From Rhizodiscina lignyota (lineage: Eukaryota), in NCBI GenBank assembly GCA_010015805.1, contig ML978124.1, positions 1,302,001 through 1,366,000 of the forward strand: DNA of 64,000 nt, given 5' to 3'. The notes below the pieces were generated by a model. The model worked only from the letters and a program-made list of their open reading frames with translations. It was not told the origin of the DNA and made no database searches. Both the position numbers and the translations under genes were made by a program. Below, piece by piece: positions 49,545-62,286 of the stretch. Position 1 is the first letter of the stretch, and each line of letters begins with the position of its first letter.

Positions 49545-50771
49545 GGTTGCTTGATTGATTGAAAGAGAACAGAAAATTGAGGCCTGGATTGGAATTGGAT
49601 AGATGCTTTCGAGTACAGACCTTTTTTCCTTTCTGCTACTCCGAGCATACCTATGCGGGTACCTACATATTTAATGCTCGCAACCCACACTCGCAACATG
49701 CGGCACTTTGCAGTGACGACTGCGAGCTCTTTGACATGCTGAGTAAGATGGTGCAACGCGTGCGAATAACCTACTGCGTCTGGCTCAGATGAAGATCCAA
49801 TTCGAGTTATTGGCCATTACTCGCGCAGGAGATGGACGAGTTTGGAGATGAGTAAACGAACGATTTACAACCGCTTCCCTACCGAGTCCCGCGCCAAGTT
49901 TATAGAGCGGCCGATGAGGTGCGGATATCCTTCGTGGGCGGCCGCTGTCACTCCATACATTGTCGGCGCCAAGTATTCAATTCATATGTAATCATGAGTT
50001 GCATTCCAATCCAGGCTAGTCTGTTTTGAACAACCTTGACGTAGCTTAGAAACATCTGTCCGACTGGGGTTCTGCCTTGGACTCTTAAAGTCTTGTGAAC
50101 TCCTAGGATTGAAGAAATAGTAAGAAATCCCGCTAACGTTTGATATAAACCGAAGGATGAGTCAAGAAATTTGGTATGAAGTTCGGAGCTTATGCAATAC
50201 CTAGGATAGCGATTACCGTATCGGGATACTTCCGTGCTGAGTATATACCGACACTATACCGATCAACTCGTCGGCCGCTTCTGCATACTAATCCCAGGAA
50301 TTCCTCGATGAGGCTCATCGTCGGCTTGTTTGGTGATCATGCATGGGAGTTCTCACCTGGATCCTGAAGTTTACTTAACCACGACGGCTCCGCCTCACTT
50401 ACATCTGCTTTCGGCCGGGAAGCCTCAAGCTTCTGACGCACTTGTGAAGCGCCGTCAAACTCGACATATGATGATGCTTCAGAAGTGTAAAATTCCATAT
50501 ATGTGTAGTTATGGCTGGTCCCTCGGAATCGACTGTTGTTCACTTCGAGTAATCTCTAATATGTCTTCATCGATACCGCGGATGCCGAAGGTATCCTGAA
50601 CAACAGCGATTGATGTAGTTGACATGTTCTGCCAAATGACAACTGCAGAAGAAGGAGTATATATGTTCTTATTTCACTACAACGTTTGTCTCAAGCACTG
50701 TCAGCGGTGATCTGTCAACAGAGTGCAGCAACAAACTGTTCAAACTCTCGTATATCCCCAAGGTCTGCAAC

Positions 50772-51722
50772 ATGCCACGCTCCGATCTCTTCTACCAGCC
50801 CGCCAAAGGCGAATCGTCGGGCCTGCCTCACGACCCTTTCAAATCCTTCGTCATCCCCCGTCCCATCGGCTGGATATCCACCACCAGTCGCGATGGCCAG
50901 GACAATCTGGCGCCGTTCAGCCAGTTCACGAACGTCTCGTTCGATCCCGCCACCATTCTGTACGCATCTCCTCGTCCAGGACCCATCCCCCAAGACGGAA
51001 TGTACTGACAATCGTCAGGTTCGTGGGCCACCAATCGCTCTACGAGAACCGCTCCAAGGACACGGTGATGAACTGCACCGAGACGAACGAGTTCGTGTGG
51101 AACATGGCGACGTACGAGCTGCGCGAGAACGTCAACTCGTCCTCGCTCGAGACATGGGTGACGAGTTCGACGAGGGCGGCATCGAGAAGGCGCCTTCGCG
51201 ACTCGTGAGGCCGCCGCGGGTAGCCAAGTCACCAGTATCTTTCGAGTGTCGTGTCTTGAACATACTGAGGATCTCGAACGAAGCGCACGGCGACAAGATG
51301 TTCGGCCCACATCTGGTGGGGACGAGCGCCATCGTCGTCGGGAGAGTGCTGGGCATTCATGTGAAGGGCGAGTACATTGCGGACCAAGGGATGAGCTGAC
51401 ACATTGTTAGGTGATGTTGCATGGGGCTTGGGATTTGGTGCTCACTGACATGTTGCAGCTCTTCGACGTGCTCAAGGCGGCGCCGATTGCGCGCCACGGC
51501 TACCATCAGTATACGCATATCGACCAGGTGTGGGATATGCACATGCCGATCATGCCAGATGACACAGCGTCCGGCGGCGTGCTGGGCGGCAACATGCAAT
51601 ACGACATCGGCGAGGATGAAGGCAAGGGAGAGAGGCAGATTGTTGGATCAGTGCCCGTGTCGGAGCCAGTGAAGCCCGACTTGAAGCGTGTCATCAGTCG
51701 TGGCAAGGCGTTCGCGCAGTAG
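50772..51722 (+). pseudogene. Flavin-reductase-like FMN-binding protein (DIM6/NTAB family), disrupted as read
   Basis: HDPFKSFVIPRPIGWIST..NLAPFSQF, KDTVMNCTETNEFVWN, PPRVAKSPVSFEC and PIARHGYHQY. Intron 50960-51018 is intact. There is a frameshift near 51158, and the expected second donor reads ATGAGC at 51391. Confidence 0.75.
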
Positions 51723-52706
51723 GGCGCTGGAACATGACTAATGCCTCTGGCATTATGGATTTGAATATTCGTATGCAGTGCGCTACGGGAGATGGAAGCC
51801 GGCCGGAATTTGTCAGGTGAAATTGCAAAGACACGTTCCAAGTGTTGCTGCGCAGGCTCCCGCATGTCGTGAACGATTAATTTGGAAGCAGTTCAATTTG
51901 GCGTACCCCCTGGTCGAACTTAGCGACACTAGGAAAACAACTTCTCGATGGTGAGTACGATAACGAAGTATTGTGAGTGGTGCCAGCTCTGAATTTTGGC
52001 TCCGAGTCGCTTGGACATATCGTGTTCTTCTCTCTACGAGTTCGTTGTATGTTACTAGGGAGTGTCGACCAGGTACCTTGGCCTCATTTTCATGTATCGA
52101 GGCTAGTGTTACAAGTAAGTCCTGCTCGCTTATAGTCTCGAGACTGCCTTTTTGGTATCTTTAGCTAAGAACACACGAGGCTCAGAGTGGTATTTGCTAA
52201 GTTCGTCGCCGCTTGTAGCCCCGATGCTGAAGAATGACAATTTGGCCAGGCTGGCTGCATGGTTCGTCTCTCACACATTAATAATCGTGCCCGTCAGTGT
52301 CATTTGGAGGCCAGAGTTCAATGCAGGGAGCAAAACGACATCAAGAATATGATGGAGAGTGACATGGGCTGACAATGACGGAATGAGACAGTCGTGAGAC
52401 GAGAAGTTTTGGAAATGCCTGGGAAACGCACAGGACTTCACCATTTCCTAGTTTGCTGCCTCAGCAAAAGTACCAAATGTTGTGAGTATATACGATGCCC
52501 AAGAATACTATACACAATGATGCCCACCTAGCCAGAATAGAGGCGATGCTATATACTCACAGAACCGAAGATATCCGCGAAGCTATAGGTGAATTAGAGA
52601 GCCATGAGACTGCCGTGGTATAGGACGCTGAAATAGACTGCGAAAACCCAGATATGAAGCGCACGCACCAGTCAATAGGCATGTACGCATACTGTCCAGA
52701 GTCTCT

Positions 52707-53744
52707 TCATTCGACTGCTTCATTCGCAGTCGGATCGCCGAAAGCATGGAACTGTGCAAAGATGATTCCATCTTCGACCATAGTTCCTAGTGAACCAAGC
52801 AGCCAGGGGAGGTTGGTGAGGAAGTACTCTTTCTCGACCGAGTGGAAGAGGATTCCCGCACCATATGTCGCATTGCCGAGCAACGACAGCAGAAAGAACA
52901 AGAGGCTCAGGCCCTCGCAGCTCCGCTCGCGCTGGTTCTTGATGATCTGGGGAATTCGAGCTCTAGCAGACATGGTTAGTATTTAGTTTACCTTGTCTCG
53001 CATGACCCCGACTTGCAACTGATAAGAGGAAGAGACTCACCCAAGATAGCACACGGCGCTGATATATCCCAATATCTGCGCGCCGAGAGCCATCTGCGTC
53101 CCGCCCTCAGGATCATCTACAGGCGAAGGCGCCCACACGCCGCTCCTCCACGCAATCGCCCAGCCCGCCGTGCCAGCAGCGCATATCAGCAGGATGGAGA
53201 TGGTATTCTTAACCCACGCGCTCTTTCCCCTCCCCTCTTCAAGAATGCTCGCTAGACTCTCCCTCCGCTCGCTGTGCCTATGCATGCGCCTGCTCGCACT
53301 GCTCCGCCGCCTGCTGCCCGGCAGGCCAATATTCGACTGGCTCTCACTCGTAGTCCTCCTCCTCAGCAGCGGCTCAACCTCCCCCTCACCGCCGCTGCCC
53401 TGACTCTCCGCGCGGCTCCTCTTCCGCGCCTCCCTCCTCCTATTCAGCACGTCGTAATACACGCACTGGCTAATCAGCACCGTGTCGGCGATGCAGAAGT
53501 ACACGGCGAGCGCGACGACGGTCGGCACCAGGCCCGCCCACGCCGCGCCCGCCAGGTTCGTCACGTCGCCGACCATCCACACGCACAGGAACAGCAGCGA
53601 GATGCCGTCGGCGGAGCCCTGCCGATAGTTCTCCACGAGCTGCGGGATGAGCAGGAAGATCCACGCCGCGAGCGACACGCTGCCGGTGATGCCGCTGAGC
53701 GCCTCGTTCCAGCGCAGCGGGATGGCGGACGGGTCGGCCGACAT
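52707..53744 (-). CDS. PQ-loop vacuolar membrane protein (Ypq1/Rtc2-like cationic amino-acid transporter); exons 53744-53041 and 52962-52707
   Basis: Two PQ-loop repeats: LIPQLVENYRQGSADGIS and G|ARIPQIIKNQRERSCEGLS. Also NLPWLLGSLGT. Confidence 0.9.
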
Positions 53745-54740
53745 TGTGTGAGGAGGGGCGGCCGCAGCGAGAGCCGAAGCGAGTCGATGTCCGATGGTGT
53801 CTGAGGTGAGGAATTGGCGTTTGCGAGAGCGCAGGTGTGAAGCAGCTCTGCGCGCGCCGGCCGGGCTGAAGTCGGATTGGCAGCGTGGGATTTTTTTTGT
53901 GGGGTGCAGGCAGACGAGTGAGCGTGATGACGCAGGAACCTCGAGATCTGAGATCTCACGACTGTTTCGTCACGAGGACGGCTTAGCGAGCGCCAGGCTT
54001 CTTGAAGGAGAAAGGTGTAGCGTGATTGACTCGTATATGGTGGGGACGCAGTGAGGACAATGAAAATTTGCGAGGGGAGACTCGAGAGAGGAAGGTCTTG
54101 ATAAAGAGCGGTCGAAAGTGGCGCTCCAAGCGGGTGAAAACTTCCCGAAATGGATTTGTTAGTGATTTCCGCGCCTTGATATTGGTCATGGAAATGCAGA
54201 TCTGATGCTCACCGGAATGGCATCAAGAAGATGATTGTGCACAATGGAGAGGAGCCACGTGAGACTGTTAGTTCTGAACCGCAAGAGATGCATACATAGG
54301 TAGTTAACTATTATACACTCCATTCACTTCAGCGCTTTCAATCATTTCCTCATTTCCCTCGTCACTAGGTATTGCTATGAATATGCGTGCCGTTAGCAGC
54401 AGAGAGTATGAATTCCCACGAGCCATTGTGCCAGAGTCGGATGTCTTCCCAAGAAGCAAAATAAACGCCTTCAACAATGCATCCTGAAACCGCTCAAATA
54501 TAAAACTCAGAACAACGCGCAGGATGCTACCCATCCATCCTTTCTTTCGCAAAAAGACCTGCGACCTCCCATCATCATCGCATTACGTGACCCAAAACCA
54601 CCGTGGTATCCCATGCAAATGAACGAATCAAATTTTTCCATGTCCCATAATTTCCTCGGGACATGCAGAAGAAGAAACTCCGGATCTTGCTTGCCATACT
54701 CCTGCTGCTCTTTCAAATTCTGCTGCAATTGCAGTCATTG

Positions 54741-56015
54741 TTATTCCTCTTCCATGACTACTCCTCCTGGGCTTCCCCCGCTCCGGCTCCTCGTCTGACT
54801 CTTTCTCAGCCCCAATTTCGTGCCTACTCTCTTCCACGCGCTTGCTTCCCTCGGGCTCTCCATTGCCATGGGGCTGCTGATTGTCGCACTCAGCGGGCTT
54901 CCTTCGTAAGGCTGGCAGTCGCTCATTGGTGGCGTTGTTGGCGGCGTATGTAGTCCAGCGACTGGACCACCATTCGCGCTCATAGATGTAGAAGTGGTAG
55001 TAGAGACCGTGGACAATAGATCGTCGGTCATATCGGAATCTGCTGGAGACGGAGATTTAGAATCCATTGATGCCGAATAAGGGGATGCTGATGCTCGCTG
55101 AGAAGAAGTGGCAAGGCCACGGACTGACAGACCACGGGCGAGTTGGGAGAAGGTTGAAGGAGCAGAGGCACGGTTGGAAGACATACTTGAGGAAGAGGCA
55201 GTGTAAGAAGCAGACATCGGCTGATGCTGCTGATTTGGTGACGAGCGCCGTTTGCTGCGGCGGTAGAGGCCCCGCTCATCATATGACCGGGAGAGCGGAT
55301 GTGCTGAGGCGGATTGAGAATGGTGGTGTTGAGGATGAGGTTGAGATACAGAGGCTGAGTTGAGGTTTTCGTCCGAGGAATTTTGGTAGTCGGGATGCGC
55401 AGACTGGGGGAAACAGCTGTTTAAGAAGGGGACGAGGACTGATTCTTCCATAAGTGCATAGACGTGTTGAACAGCGCTGTCAAGGGAGTTGGGTGGAGGC
55501 GGCATACCACCAAGTCCGTGGACGAGCGAAAGAAGCTGATTTCGAACCTCGCTTGGAATGTTGACTTCGCGAGGTCCGTTGGGAGCAATGTAGGCTTCTA
55601 GCAATCGTTGCCAAAGCATCAGGAGATAGTTTGCTTCTTCGCTTGTCGGTAATAAGACACCCCCCGGGATTCGCCCCACCATCTTCGTATAGTGCTTTCC
55701 GTAGCGAGACGCATCCATCGTGAACTCCAGCGTTTCCAGACAGTGGTTTTGTGAGAGATATGCCATGAAGGCACTCAGCGTCCATGGTGACGGTGATTCG
55801 TTTGCGAGTATTTCCGAAAGATTTGGTCTTCGCGGACAGTACGGTCCTTGTGCGCCGAATGTTCGGGGTATTGCCACGCTCAGTGGCCGAGTGGGGACAA
55901 ACGTCTCCCCCATCGTAACGTCTTCTTCGTCGAGAGCCACCGAGGCTCGGGGAGAGGAGTCGGTAGATGCGATGTGAACTTTCAGATCCTGAGGTGCGCG
56001 TTTGCGACTGTTCAT
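54741..56015 (-). CDS. rgsA: Regulator of G-protein signalling (RGS domain), RgsA-like
   Basis: LSEILANESPSPWTLSAFMAYLSQNHCLETLEF and YIAPNGPREVNIPSEVR..LMEESVLVPFL form the RGS domain, followed by a Ser-rich tail. First ATG at 56015. Confidence 0.8.
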   Translation of the reverse strand: MNSRKRAPQDLKVHIASTDSSPRASVALDEEDVTMGETFVPTRPLSVAIPRTFGAQGPYCPRRPNLSEILANESPSPWTLSAFMAYLSQNHCLETLEFTMDASRYGKHYTKMVGRIPGGVLLPTSEEANYLLMLWQRLLEAYIAPNGPREVNIPSEVRNQLLSLVHGLGGMPPPPNSLDSAVQHVYALMEESVLVPFLNSCFPQSAHPDYQNSSDENLNSASVSQPHPQHHHSQSASAHPLSRSYDERGLYRRSKRRSSPNQQHQPMSASYTASSSSMSSNRASAPSTFSQLARGLSVRGLATSSQRASASPYSASMDSKSPSPADSDMTDDLLSTVSTTTSTSMSANGGPVAGLHTPPTTPPMSDCQPYEGSPLSATISSPMAMESPREASAWKRVGTKLGLRKSQTRSRSGGSPGGVVMEEE

Positions 56016-59000
56016 TACGTTCTTCCACAAGCTCTTCCGCGTGATTCGGTTCCCAACGCCAACGCGATGCTCAACGGTAGAAGTCGAACGCTGCGACGGC
56101 AGCTGTTGGGACGCCAGGATGACGAGTGTATCGTCGTTTGGTTCAGATATAGAGGTGGCGAGTCTTAGAGTTCGCGATGTGACTTAGATGTCGATGCTAT
56201 CGAGCCATTTGCGGGAACGCCGTGTTCTTTGTGCGAGGAGGCACGCAGATAGCAGGCAGGTACAGGACCTAAGTCCGGTAACGTCGACAGGAGGCGCTGT
56301 GTTTGCTCGGCGAGTCGCGCAGGTACAGCGAGCAGAGTCGAATTGCTGGGCCGGTTGAGGAGGTGGAAGGTGCAGGTATCCGGACGTGGATGGACGTTCT
56401 TCTGGACGGCACTCGCGCTGGACTCTTTGTTCTTCAGGGAAGGCAAGGGCGTACAACGCTTTCGCTTGAGCGGCCGGGAGGGTGCAGAGGCAGAAGAGGG
56501 CTTAGGTTCCAGCAATGGCAGCGCAGGAGCCGGGGGCCGGTGCGATTGATTAATCAGGGCGACAGTGCCAGAGTTGAGTCAGGGAGGCGAATGAGGGAGC
56601 GCGGCGAGGAGATGGCTGTGCGGCTGGAATTGGAGTACGAGCAGCGCTGCTACTAATTGTACGCTTCAGCGCCGTGGGTGGCGGATGGGACCTGCGTGCG
56701 CGTGGGCAGGCGACAAGGCTGAGGTGGAGAGTTCAGAGGTTAATTCGAGTGACGAGTGGTGTGCAATCGGCGCGGCAGAATTGGGCAGGCAAGTAGCGGG
56801 AGTAGAGAGAGAGGTAGCGTCGAAGTAGCTGGGAGAAGTAGATAGGTAGGTACAGTCCCAGTGCAGAAGGTTGTAGCAGGACGCGATAGCGAAGAGGCAC
56901 TGTAGGGGGTTGGGGGGAATAGGCAATGTAAGAGCAGTCCAGTGTCGCGCCGCCGTAGGGGGATGTAAGCGTCTTCAGTCTGCTGCTGGACACAAGGGCG
57001 AAGCTCGGATTACTGTTCGTGCTGGAGGGCAATGGGCGCTGAACGCCAGTGGCATGGAGCGCACAGTGAGATGCTCTGCTGGTGGCTTGGCGGCGCGCCG
57101 ACGAGAGGGATGCGCTGCTGGCTGCGCTCGACTGGCGTGCTATGGCCATGCTTCTAGTGCCTTTCCATGCATTCCATGCCAATCGACCCGCATCATCCTG
57201 ACTGAGTCGCCCGAATCACAGCGCGGCGTGAAATGACGCCTCGTTTCTTTGTTGCCCGCGCCGGGGCGTGTTTGGCATTCCCGACGAGCGGCGTTCATTG
57301 GCCTGCTCACCACCACAGGAAAAGGGCCGGCTCGTTGTAGGGCGACAGAAAGAATGCGCTCGCTCCATGCATTCCTCACCTCCAGCAACGCCCGCCATGC
57401 CCCTTGAGGCATGGTGTGGGCGCCGTTGCTAGCCATCGTGACGCTCCACTGCCTGCCCCTCTCTGCCTGCCCTCTCCACCACCAGGCCAAGACGAGATGC
57501 TGGAAAGGCTAAAGACGCGCGCGCTGCCGTCTATCCATCCAGGCCCTCCGCCCTCTCGTGTCTCGTAATCGATACTCTGGCCAGCTATAGTGAGTGCACG
57601 TCGATGCTGCCGTTGAGTCACGGGAGCGGGCAGCAGCATCACCACCACCACCACCCTTTCCCCAGGCTGCTGCTCCTCTCAAACGCCGCCGCATGCGGCT
57701 GGCCACCCTTGCCTTGCCCGCCGTGAGAGTGCCAAGAGCGCGAGAGAAGAGGCGGCAGCGCGCATCCCGGCAGAAGCAGAGCAGCATTCTCAAACGGAGG
57801 GCAGGCCCACCGTCCCAGCGCGCCGGCTACACGCAAAGCTCCGCCGCAGGCATGGCAGATTGCAGATTGGGCGGATGAGATGGGCATGATGCCATCAATG
57901 GAACAACGGGCCCGGCGCTTCTCTTTGTTCTCGAAAACATCCATCCAGCGCACGGGTGGCACCAAGAGGCAGGGGGGGAATGGGGTCAATCGTCGCCGCT
58001 TTGGGCTGCCTGCCGTCATCCCGGCCGCCGCTTTGCTGCGTCCATGTGCTTCCATGCGACATGCTGCGAGCAGCGCCTTGGATTCGCCGATCGCGACTGG
58101 GTGGGTAGCACTCTCCGCGACTGCTATTCATGGCCGGTGATGCCAGAGGCGTCGAGGAAGCAAGCAAGCCGCTCGTCTGCATCAAATTTTCTCTTCTCTC
58201 GCCTTCCAGAAAATTTCTGCTTTCGCGCGGGAATGGAACATTCGCTCAGCGCCAGCACGGCTCATCTCTCGGACCCGTCAGCGGGCGGACGAGGGTGACT
58301 CTGAAAAGCAACACGCGCCCTCTGCCTGCCACCTGCTGCGACACTTCAACGCTCCAGCGTCCCAGCGTTTGATGAAAGCGGGTCTCCGGACATGCCATCA
58401 TTACGGAGGAGAAACGAGATCATGATTGCGTGCTTGGGCAGACCAGCTGCCATTCACGGGCTCGCAGTCAGCTGTCTCTGCTCGGGTGCCGCAGTGCTGG
58501 GAACTCAATTACGCTGGCCTGCTTCACAAGGGCAGGCAGAGACATGGCATGCACCGGGCCTGACGATTGCCAGAGAGAGTCTTGGTGCGGGGCAGCGTGC
58601 GACGATCAGCGTACAACGATGCGCGAGAACGGGCTGAGACGGATGTGACGAGCGCGTTTCATTCGCTACCTCACCCTGCCACGCCCACGTTCCGAACGTT
58701 CTGGAGGCCTTCCAGAAGATTGCCTCTTTGATTACCTGCCCCCGTCCTTGCACTTGCCTGCACACAGCGGCGATCGCACAGGGCAAGCCACAAAGGCTTG
58801 CGTCGACTGCGTTCACTTTTCCAGCACCCCGAACACCGGCGCCCGAAGCAGAAATTTCCGAGGGAGATCGCGGCTCTGAGAAGTCGATGCTGTGGCATGC
58901 TCTTTCATCATGTCGTGAGACGGGCGAACTCCTCACACGCTTGCGTCAGAATTGAAGCCCGAGCATCTGAGCATCTGCTACAAATCGCCCCCGACATCCT

Positions 59001-59637
59001 CACCATCTCGGTCTGCGATGTCTGACAGCCGAGAGGAATGGAGCGACGAGCATGTTTTATTTTCATCTTTCCACTCTGATCCAGGGGCACAAACGTCCGT
59101 CTACAATTTGCCACAGCTCCCAACATTTTCAAGGTTTGCTTTCGGATATGCCATGCCATGCCATGTCCATTCGCCTTTCACACCGCTCCCCACACCGCTG
59201 TGCCGCCTGCAAACGTTCGGAATACCCGTTCCTTTGATGCGGCTCCCTTAGGCGCCAGGAAGGTATGTACAGCACTTCCAACATGTCCAGGAAGTACTAT
59301 GGTACCTGAATGGTTCCTTTTTCTAGACGCCGACATTTCGCGTTTCGCATGCAGGCACCGAGGCGTCGAAAGGCGCAAGTCCAGAACTCTCTCATCCTTC
59401 CATTCCAACGTCGCTGCACTGCACCTCATCAACGTGCTTCAGTATCTTCGTTCCTCCTCCACTCATGCGCTGTCGCGGAGTCGCTTGTGCATCTCGCAGG
59501 CCTGATTCCAGTTCCTATTGCCCCAATCTCCCCAATTCTCAGGCTTCCCACGTGGATGCCCTTACCCGACCCTATCCTATCCTATCCTCTTCCCTATCGT
59601 CTTACTCCCATCTTAATAATCCCTCTGAGGCAGCCTC

Positions 59638-61819
59638 TCACGCTCCTCTGCCACCCTCTCTGCTGCCTGCTTGCCCTCTATGACTGGACTGCACCGCCGC
59701 ACCGCACCGAACACGCGTTCCCGACTTGGTCTCGAGCGCCGCGTCCGTCAGATCCCACCCAGCGGCCGTGAGCCTCTCTGCGAAGCCGTCGAACGTGCTG
59801 CACACTTGCTCCAACGTGTCTGCCACGTGCTGAAGCTCGCGTGTCACGCGAGTAGCAGACGTCTTTCTGAATCTGTCTGGAGGCATGATGCCGGGGTTGC
59901 CTGACCTGGCCCAAGCTGGAGCTTCGGCCCCAAAGCTCTTATCTCCAGCTCCTTCCGCGAGCTCCGGACGAAAGCTCGAGCTGCTCACGTCGCGATCGGT
60001 GTGCTCGACGCGGTTGTCAGCGCTGTGGTTTCGGACGCTGTTGCTCTTCGTATACAGCTTGTCGTCGGCGGCGGCAGCGGCGTTCGTCTTCTTCGCAAGC
60101 AGTAAGCCGTGGTACCACGCCTTGAGCCCATCGCGCGCCGATGCCCCCTGCTTCAAGACAATGATGGTGCGCGAGGATGATGAATCGGGCCACAGCATGT
60201 ACCATTCTCTGCCGAAGAGATCGAGAACTGCTCGCAGATCTACGCCGCAGGTTGTGAAACTGCCAGATATAGTGCTCTGGCCCTGTTGCTGCGATCCGAG
60301 ACAGCCAAGCAGCCCTTTCATGCTGGAGCCGATGCTGCAGCGCCCGATGACACGATCGTGTTCGTCTCTGAACACACCATCGCGCTCGAAGATGCGCTCC
60401 ATGCGCGAGACTTCCTGCGGTCTGAGCACCGCGTCGTGTTGCAACAGGTGATTAAGCACGATGTTGGCGCGCTGGCGGTTGAGCGAGCGCATCGAGACTG
60501 AGCGGACAGCGAGGTAGTTCGTTCCGAGGTGGATTGCGAGCAGGAAGAGCAAGGCTGCCCATGTTGCGAGTGGAGATGATACGCGCTGGACTACAAGGCT
60601 GCCTGCCTAGAAACTGATCAGTCCATTATGGTCTGATCAAGTGACAATTATGATCATGGACTGGAGAGCATCATGTTCTCCCCGGCTGGTATAAGCGACT
60701 TACCAACATCCCGAGTAAAGAGATCACCGTCTCTTGGCTCGAATCTTTCTGTTTCCATGCATCAGTAACTTTCCTCATTCATACCCAGCCTCACATCCTC
60801 GTCTCTTCATTCCTATTTCCAGAAACAACTCACAGCGTTCAACTCCCCGACATTCCCCTGCCTTGCAAAATGCTGACTCAAACACGCCTTACTTCCATTC
60901 GCAGCAACCCCACATAGGGCTCTCAGGACGCTGCTGCCAGACAGCACGCCGACCCTAATCGGGCGTGGAAACGCAGGCGACAGGCAGTCCAGCACCATGG
61001 CGGCGTCGTTGAAGACGTCGGCTAGCAGGCGGTATCGCTTGCACTCGGGCTCGATGGCGGTGCCGAGGCGATAGGCGAAGAGGATCGTTGCCAGGCGACC
61101 GGTTGAGTCTTGGAGGATTGAGAGGAGGAGGGCGGCGGTGGGGGAGGCGTTGGTGTCGCCTACGCCTATGCCTGAGGAAGGTCAGGGAGAGTGTTGAGAT
61201 TTGTAACGTGGACATGACATGCGAGGAAGATATTCTCTTAGATTGTATAGTCAAGCATATTTAAATATAGAGAGTGCAATGGATTCCAAAATAGAACTGA
61301 CTGCAAATTGAACGAGAATTGGACTTCAGTGTTCACCCTTACCTTCAAGCACGGCACGTGAAGCCAGCAGCCCAGCAATTGCGCTCGAGAACGCCTGCAG
61401 CGAGTCCTGGTATGTCCGTCAGAGCATTCAAATACCCCAATTGGATCGACACCCGGCCGAGACGCACATAAATCTGATACCTATCCAGCCCCTCCGTCAG
61501 CCAAGCTCCCAATATCAAAACCGAACCCCCCGGCTGAACAAACATACCACACATAGTCCTCCGTCACGCTGTGCGGGAATCCCGCGGGCAGAAACACGTC
61601 GAGAGCCCGCTGCCATACCGGCTTCGCGTTCTCCGGGAGCTACAAGACGCCCGTTAACGCGTTGTCCTGGCGTCTCACTCGAGCGCGGCGAGGAAAGACG
61701 CGTACAATGACATCGACTCGGCCGCTCGCGCTGTCGGGCCCGGGCGACTGCACGTAGGTGCTTGTGAGGCCGCCGGCTTCGTCGAACTCGGTTATCTCGA
61801 GGAGGTCTGGGGGAGACAT
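59638..61819 (-). CDS. RUS1/DUF647 family protein; exons 61819-61706, 61639-61548, 61480-61468, 61406-61343, 61171-60834, 60748-60704, 60606-59638
   Basis: The spliced product has FLPAGFPHSVTEDYVW|YQIY|DSLQAFSS, G|IGVGD, ECKRYRLLADVFND, NVGELNA|KDSSQETV and NYLAVRSVSMRSLNRQRA. Six GT-AG introns are all phase-consistent. Confidence 0.9.
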
Positions 61820-62286
61820 GTCTGGAATGTCTTTTCTGGTTTCATGGAGGGTTGGGAGGAAGGGGGTGTTCAATGCCAAGGCATGGAGGTGGCTTTCGCC
61901 ATGGGCAATTTATCGTGCGATAGAGTTCCACGGAGTTCGTCTTGGGATTTGGAAACGCGAAGACTAGATGATGGGAGAGATGTACTTGGCTTAATTGATC
62001 AGTTATAAATAGTTGGAGAGCTAATTTAGTCTTTGATGACATCTCGTTGAGCGCAGGTTATAAGAATTAGTTGGCATATTTCACGAGTCGTCTCAATTGA
62101 AAAGCCTATGGAGTAATAAGAGCAAACTGGATTATCACCATAAGGTGATATTGATATCATATGTACGGTATATGTAATACGCCTTTGCGCAATTGATATA
62201 AACGCCGAGTTCTTATACATACCAACAACGCCCGCTAATGCTTTATCCAAGCCGTAATCAAACAGTCTACAACCCTAATACCCAAC

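Noticed and set aside
51930..52400. Coding-like minus-strand tracts between the flavin-reductase-like and PQ-loop genes
   Set aside because: Too short and unassignable to separate from background by eye.
56184..59600. Short ORFs and a 56-codon ATG-less in-frame extension upstream of the RGS gene
   Set aside because: No motifs, and the lengths are within chance expectation.
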